Positions 58,792-64,000 of a stretch of 64,000 nt of DNA are shown here, in pieces (position 1 is the first letter of the stretch; each line of letters begins with the position of its first letter). Source of the stretch: an uncultured Acidobacteriota bacterium (GTDB taxonomy: Bacteria; Acidobacteriota; Blastocatellia; RBC074); contig CAWCKY010000004.1 of NCBI GenBank assembly GCA_963796275.1, positions 224,001 to 288,000 on the forward strand. The letters run 5' to 3'. Made by a program: the position numbers and the translations under genes. The notes beneath the pieces were generated by a model. That model was not told where the DNA came from, searched no databases, and saw nothing but the letters and a program-made list of their open reading frames with translations.

Positions 58792-59925
58792 TCAGCTAGG
58801 GTAACCGGTGATCTCCCAATCGGCGCCTCGCCGCAAGACTTCGACTTCTCGCAACTCGAGAGCATCGCTCAATTTCTCGAATCCGGATCCTCCGATCGCC
58901 GCAACGGAATGGCGCCCGCCGATGATTCTCGGGGCCACGAAGAATGTCACCTTATCGACGAAACGCTCTTCGATGAATGAACCCGCAATATCCGACCCGC
59001 CCTCGACGATGAGGCTTGTCAGTTGGCGCTTGCCGATCTCAGACAATATCGCCCGCAAATCAAGCCTTCCGCAAGTGGAAGCGACACAAATGATTTCTGC
59101 GCCCAGTTCTGCCAGCCTATCCCGCTTTGACGCCCAGGAATCGTACGCCCCTGCTCCTTCGCCCTCTTCCTGCCGTGCCGTGCAAACAATCAGGGGAGAC
59201 TCGCCTGCTGTGCGGACGAGTTGAGAGGTTAATGGAATGCGTAATCCGGCATCAAGCACAACGCGGACGAGGGTCTTGCGGCGCGCTCCGGTCGTGCGGT
59301 CGGTCAGCAGAGGATCATCGGCCAGTACAGTTCCTATACCGATAAGGATCGCGTCATATTCGTGCCGCAACGATTGCGAGGCGGCCCGCGCCTCCTTTCC
59401 CGTTATCCACTTCGAATCGCCGGTGCGGGTCGCTATGCGGCCGTCAAGAGAGCACGCCGACTTGAGATGGACGAACGGCAATCCCGTCGTCACATACTTC
59501 GCGTACTTCTCATTCAATTTCCGCGCTTCCTGTTCCATCAATCCGACTTCGACATCTATGCCTGCTTCGCGCAAACGCGCGACACCCCGCCCGTTGACGC
59601 GCGGGTTCGGATCGATCATCGAAGCCACGACGCGGCCGATGTGCGCTTCAATCAACGCTTCCACGCACGGTCTCGTGCGTTTGCCCGGGCCTTGATGTGA
59701 GCACGGCTCGAGATTGACGTAGACTGTCGAACCGCGCGCACTTTCGCCCGCCTCTTCGAGCGCCCATATTTCAGCGTGTTTCAAATCGTCATAGCGATGA
59801 TAGCCGCGACCTGAGATCACGCCGTCTTTGACGACAACCGATCCGACCAGCGGATTGGGAGTGACAAGGGCTGTACCTTGAGCGGCGAGTTGGATGACAA
59901 ATTGGATGTACTCGAGGTCGCTCAT
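58792..59925 (-). CDS. ribD: Riboflavin biosynthesis deaminase/reductase
   Basis: PNPLVG, HAE, LEPCSH, SLDGRIA, VEGGS. Confidence 0.96.
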   Translation of the reverse strand: MSDLEYIQFVIQLAAQGTALVTPNPLVGSVVVKDGVISGRGYHRYDDLKHAEIWALEEAGESARGSTVYVNLEPCSHQGPGKRTRPCVEALIEAHIGRVVASMIDPNPRVNGRGVARLREAGIDVEVGLMEQEARKLNEKYAKYVTTGLPFVHLKSACSLDGRIATRTGDSKWITGKEARAASQSLRHEYDAILIGIGTVLADDPLLTDRTTGARRKTLVRVVLDAGLRIPLTSQLVRTAGESPLIVCTARQEEGEGAGAYDSWASKRDRLAELGAEIICVASTCGRLDLRAILSEIGKRQLTSLIVEGGSDIAGSFIEERFVDKVTFFVAPRIIGGRHSVAAIGGSGFEKLSDALELREVEVLRRGADWEITGYPS

Positions 59926-59947
59926 AAAAAAATCAAAAGGCGTAATT

Positions 59948-60036
59948 GAAAGGGAAACGAAAGGGGCAAAAAGAAGCAAAAAAGACCAAAATTATTTCGC
60001 CTTTTTTGTCCTTTTTTGCCCCTTTCGTTTCCCTTT
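59948..60036. repeat. 9-nt-period purine/pyrimidine inverted repeat
   Basis: AAGGGAAACGAAAGGGGCAAAAA...TTTTTGCCCCTTTCGTTTCCCTT; similar elements near 37025-37110 and 62355-62425. Confidence 0.65.
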
Positions 60037-60054
60037 ATGATTTTGCCTTTCGAT

Positions 60055-61113
60055 TTATTCAAAAAGTCCGTCAACATAGGTTACAGGATTGAAAACGACG
60101 AGGTCATCTGCCTTCTCGCCGATCCCACAATATCGAATCGGTAAATTCAGCTCCTTCGCGATGGCCACCGCGATTCCGCCCTTCGCAGTGCCATCGAGTT
60201 TCGTCAGCACCAGGCCGGTTATATCGGCAGCCTTCATGAATTCGCGCGCCTGGCTCAATCCATTTTGCCCCGTCACCGCATCGACGACGAGCAAGGTCTC
60301 GTGAGGCGCGCCTTTCACCTCGCGGCGGGCGATCCGATTCATCTTTTCGAGTTCGGCCATCAGGTTCGCCTTGTTGTGCAAACGGCCCGCCGTATCGACG
60401 ATCAATACGTCTGCATTACGAGCTCTGGCCGCCTTCAGCGAATCGAACAAAACCGCCGCCGGATCGGTCCCCTGCTTCTGTTGAATCAACGGCACGCCGG
60501 CTCGCTCGGCCCAGATTGCCAGTTGATCGGTAGCCGCGGCTCGAAAGGTATCTGCCGCGCAGATCAATACATCGTATCCGTCGCCTTTTATGCGCTGCGC
60601 AAGTTTACCTATCGTCGTAGTCTTCCCGGTACCGTTCACTCCGACGATCATCATGACATAGGGCCGCACATCGTCGGGCACCGATGTCTCTGATGCCACG
60701 CCGCGCGCTTCCTCCGCTTTCTCAAGGATATCGAGCAGGTGCCGTTTGATCACCTGCTTCAGCTCGTTGACATCTTTGAGGGTCTGGCGATCAACTTGTT
60801 TGCGCACATCATCGATAATCTCGAGCGTAGTCTGAATGCCTATGTCGGCCCCGATCAGCGCTTCCTCCAGGTCGTCGAGTGTAGCGGCGTCGATCCGTTT
60901 CTCGCCCTTGACGACATCCTCGATCCGGGCAGAGATGTTTTCCCGTGTCGTAGCTACCGCTTTGCGAAAACGGGCATAGAAATTCTCTTCCTCGACCGCT
61001 TCTTCCGATGCGGCTTCGACGGGCACCTCCGCCTGCTCGGGCGCTTCGACGGGTTCTGACAACCCCAGAGTGATAAAATCGCTACCGCCTTTACGTTTCC
61101 AGAAAATACCCAT
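60055..61113 (-). CDS. ftsY: SRP receptor
   Basis: [34 protein letters not shown]. Confidence 0.98.
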   Translation of the reverse strand: MGIFWKRKGGSDFITLGLSEPVEAPEQAEVPVEAASEEAVEEENFYARFRKAVATTRENISARIEDVVKGEKRIDAATLDDLEEALIGADIGIQTTLEIIDDVRKQVDRQTLKDVNELKQVIKRHLLDILEKAEEARGVASETSVPDDVRPYVMMIVGVNGTGKTTTIGKLAQRIKGDGYDVLICAADTFRAAATDQLAIWAERAGVPLIQQKQGTDPAAVLFDSLKAARARNADVLIVDTAGRLHNKANLMAELEKMNRIARREVKGAPHETLLVVDAVTGQNGLSQAREFMKAADITGLVLTKLDGTAKGGIAVAIAKELNLPIRYCGIGEKADDLVVFNPVTYVDGLFE

Positions 61114-61116
61114 TTC

Positions 61117-62346
61117 TCAATCTCCGACCGCAAGCGCCTCTTGCTGCGACAGACTCGCCGTCTGCTCATCCTTGGGATAACGCCACAACAACACCGCTGA
61201 AACCAGCGGCAGAATCGACATGTACATGAGAGCTCTGGTGAATCCGTAACGCTGGCTCATCGCCCCGGCGAGCGGCGTCAGCAACGCTCCCGCGCCCCAC
61301 GCGAAACCCATCATCAATGCGGAAACGGTGCTCGCGCCGCCGGGCACCAGCCTCTGCGCCATGACCACACTGATCGGAATCGGCAGGTTTAATACGGTTC
61401 CACCCGCCATTAAGAGTGTATAGCACAACACGCCCTCCGTTGAGAACGATGCGAGGAGGAGCGGCGCCGCCAGCAGCATCGCGACGATCGTCACCCGACG
61501 GGCGCCCAGGCGGTCCGCCAATGCGCCGCCGAAAAATCCCCCGACGCCTCCGAAAAAGAGAAACCCGGCCAGCACCCAGCTGGTCGCGTTCGTCGTCATC
61601 CCACTCTGTTGCAACGAAAATGGAAGGTAGGTCTGGATGCTGACGGATGCAGCCGAACGCAGTACTACGGCAAAATAAAGGAGCGTCAGCGGGGCCCAAG
61701 CCGCCCGGAGAGCGTGCGTCAACGGCGGCACATCGCGATCGCGCTCCTTACGCTCGAGCGGTGGACAGTATTTATACAGCACGAACCAAAAGGCCAATCC
61801 CCAGACGGCCGTATACCAACTGTACTCCAATCCGAAACGGCTCACCACCGCAGCGACCAGAACCGGCCCCAGGGCATAACCGACCGTACCGGCCGAAGAG
61901 AAAATCGACATCGCCATGCCTTGATGCCTGCCGTGCATCCCCGCCCCAGTTGCCCCATTTACCCCGTTAGAGGATGCGGCGTGCGATACCAGGGCAGCGC
62001 TCTGCGGATGGAATATCCCTACGCCGATGCCTCCAACTATCACCAGCATTATCAGGATCGGCAGACTATCCGCCGCTCCCAGGCATGAAAGAAAGATCGC
62101 GGCGATGAGCGGCCCGAAGACCGCCATCGAACGTTTCAGATATCTATCAGAGATAATCCCATAGACTGGCTGCATGAGCGACGAAGCGATCGTCAACGTC
62201 GGCGGCAATAGACCGGCCTGCGCCGGGGTCAGTTTGAGCTTCATCGCCAGCAACGGCAGCAATGGAAAGAGGAAGCTCGAATATGAGTCCATCACAAAAT
62301 GTGCCGTCGAGAGCAACCCGATCGTAAATTTGTTCTTATTGTTCAT
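61117..62346 (-). CDS. MFS transporter (Fsr-like)
   Basis: HFVMD, QPVYG..SDR, FHPQ, GGALADRLG. Confidence 0.88.
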   Translation of the reverse strand: MNNKNKFTIGLLSTAHFVMDSYSSFLFPLLPLLAMKLKLTPAQAGLLPPTLTIASSLMQPVYGIISDRYLKRSMAVFGPLIAAIFLSCLGAADSLPILIMLVIVGGIGVGIFHPQSAALVSHAASSNGVNGATGAGMHGRHQGMAMSIFSSAGTVGYALGPVLVAAVVSRFGLEYSWYTAVWGLAFWFVLYKYCPPLERKERDRDVPPLTHALRAAWAPLTLLYFAVVLRSAASVSIQTYLPFSLQQSGMTTNATSWVLAGFLFFGGVGGFFGGALADRLGARRVTIVAMLLAAPLLLASFSTEGVLCYTLLMAGGTVLNLPIPISVVMAQRLVPGGASTVSALMMGFAWGAGALLTPLAGAMSQRYGFTRALMYMSILPLVSAVLLWRYPKDEQTASLSQQEALAVGD

Positions 62347-62472
62347 TTCATTTGGCCACAAAAAGGCAATAACTTTCTATCCCTCTCCTTCTTCCCAATT
62401 TTGCCCTTTTTGTTTCCCCTTTGCATTCCTATGACATCATTCCAATTATGGGGCCGGCGATAAAATAAATAT

Positions 62473-63192
62473 TTATAAAGTCGCTTCGATGAATCTCCTG
62501 AAGATCGCCCTCGAAAAGTGATCGCGTTCCCAACCGACCTCAGGATGCCACTGCAGGCCGAGCACGAACCGGTCGGGGCGCGAATCGACCACTGCCTCGA
62601 TCACGCCATCGGGCGCGCGAGCGATCACCCGCAAATCGCGCCCGACCTGTTTGATCGCCTGATGGTGGCTGCTGTTGACCCGCGCTAAATCGCTACCGTT
62701 CAATTGAGCCAACAGCGAATTAGTCTCGATCTTTATGTGATGCGATGGTCGATCAGGAACCTGTCCCTGCTGATGTTTGAGCGCATCAAGATTCTGCGAT
62801 TCTATATCCTGTATCAGCGTTCCGCCGCGCGACACGTTGAGGGATTGCATCCCGAAACAGATGGCCAGGACAGGCATTTTCCGCTCTTCTGCAAGCTCGA
62901 GCAGGAGCAAATCCGTCTGGTCGCGCTCGGGCGTGACCGTCCCCAGTTTCGGATGCGGTTCTTCGCCGTAAAATATCGGATCCAGGTCGCTGTTGCTTCC
63001 CGACAACAACAGACCATCGAGTTTACCGGCGAGCGAGCTGAGATACTGCCGATCGGGGATCAATGGGATATAGACCGGTGCACCGCCCGAAGATTCAATT
63101 GCTTCGGCATAATAACGCCTCAGGTAGAAAGTGTTTTCAGCATCGAGACGCGTAGTGATGCCAATCAGCGGATAGTGTGTAACTGAGGCCAT
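62473..63192 (-). CDS. Peptidase C26 / PuuD-like glutamine amidotransferase
   Basis: [20 protein letters not shown]. Confidence 0.9.
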   Translation of the reverse strand: MASVTHYPLIGITTRLDAENTFYLRRYYAEAIESSGGAPVYIPLIPDRQYLSSLAGKLDGLLLSGSNSDLDPIFYGEEPHPKLGTVTPERDQTDLLLLELAEERKMPVLAICFGMQSLNVSRGGTLIQDIESQNLDALKHQQGQVPDRPSHHIKIETNSLLAQLNGSDLARVNSSHHQAIKQVGRDLRVIARAPDGVIEAVVDSRPDRFVLGLQWHPEVGWERDHFSRAIFRRFIEATL

Positions 63193-63284
63193 TGTTAATA
63201 GCTAACTGTGCGATAACTCCTTCGATGAGTTCAACAAGTAAACGAAAAGTTTACGGGTTGGTGTTGGGCTTGTCAAAAGCAGGG

Positions 63285-64000
63285 TCACTCGCCCTTTCGT
63301 GCGGCAGCCATGAAAACCAAACCCAGACCGATCCAACAAAACATCCGTATCTTTCGGATTATCGCCAGCGCAACCCCGACCGTCACACCGAAGCCCAGAG
63401 TGCTGGTCATTAGACCCGTACCCGCTTCATCGACTCCCACCAGCACGGGTACAAAGATAAATACGATGTTCATTGCCCGGTTTATCGCCTCGAGCATAAA
63501 CGCGGTTGGGAGAACAAGGTCTACTCCGATCAATCGCAGAGTCGCATAAATTTCGACCACGCCCGACAGGTGAAAGGCCAATTCGCACAAGGCGACGATA
63601 AAGAAATCCCGCCGTCGATGCGCGTAAAAATCGAAGATATAGTTCTCCAGCTTGCGCAGATGAACGATCTTATCATCGATCATGCTTCTTCTAGTTTTAT
63701 CGCGGATAAACGCTCTATTAAGGAATCCCGCGATATCCGAGCCTAGGTTTATGCGCCGGCCGATCACGACGAAAACCGCGATTGAAACGATGAAGACCAC
63801 AGCCAGCGACGCGATCACCGCCGTGCGAAGAGATTCGTGCAAACCGAAACTTGCCAACAACGCGATCGCTCCGGCCATCACCATGAGGCAGCTCGATATC
63901 GTATATGCGATATCTTCAACCACTAAAGAAGACATCCCGGAAGAAACGGAGAGTCTTTTCCCCAGGGCGAGAACCTTCATCGGTTCGCCGACCACCGGGC
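63285..64000 (-). CDS. Lysylphosphatidylglycerol-synthase-TM/flippase-like membrane protein (5' truncated by window edge)
   Basis: GEP.K motif, multiple TM segments, FVP...GVDE, IIRKIR. Confidence 0.7.
   Translation of the reverse strand, partial: PVVGEPMKVLALGKRLSVSSGMSSLVVEDIAYTISSCLMVMAGAIALLASFGLHESLRTAVIASLAVVFIVSIAVFVVIGRRINLGSDIAGFLNRAFIRDKTRRSMIDDKIVHLRKLENYIFDFYAHRRRDFFIVALCELAFHLSGVVEIYATLRLIGVDLVLPTAFMLEAINRAMNIVFIFVPVLVGVDEAGTGLMTSTLGFGVTVGVALAIIRKIRMFCWIGLGLVFMAAARKGE

Overview
Mostly core chromosome of a moderately GC-rich bacterium. The gene repertoire and intergenic repeats suggest Acidobacteriota (Blastocatellia-like); this is an inference. Left end: a small accessory region with a degenerate orphan type I HsdR, tRNA-Thr(CGT), an integrase remnant and an AT-rich secreted-protein gene. 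Then: YfhO-like glycosyltransferase, heterodimeric ABC exporter, UDG, an ECF sigma/anti-sigma/secretin-N cassette, hydrolases, PPK2, UxaA, an FHA-GAF sigma54 activator, a hisF-hisIE-trp run with non-trp genes interleaved, serA, sucC, rnj, rsmA, ribD and ftsY. Main observations: (1) three 1391-bp Tn5/IS50-like IS4 elements, all inserted at the same position of a palindromic REP arm with 14-bp direct target duplications; (2) a 14-unit, ~40-bp tandem amplification of that REP end abutting one IS; (3) a candidate sigma54-promoted, terminator-bounded structured RNA divergent from the sigma54 activator; (4) a Ser-rich uORF before serA; (5) several unrelated intergenic hairpin/REP families whose ends are reiterated in tandem. 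Five frameshifts in four genes look like sequencing indels.
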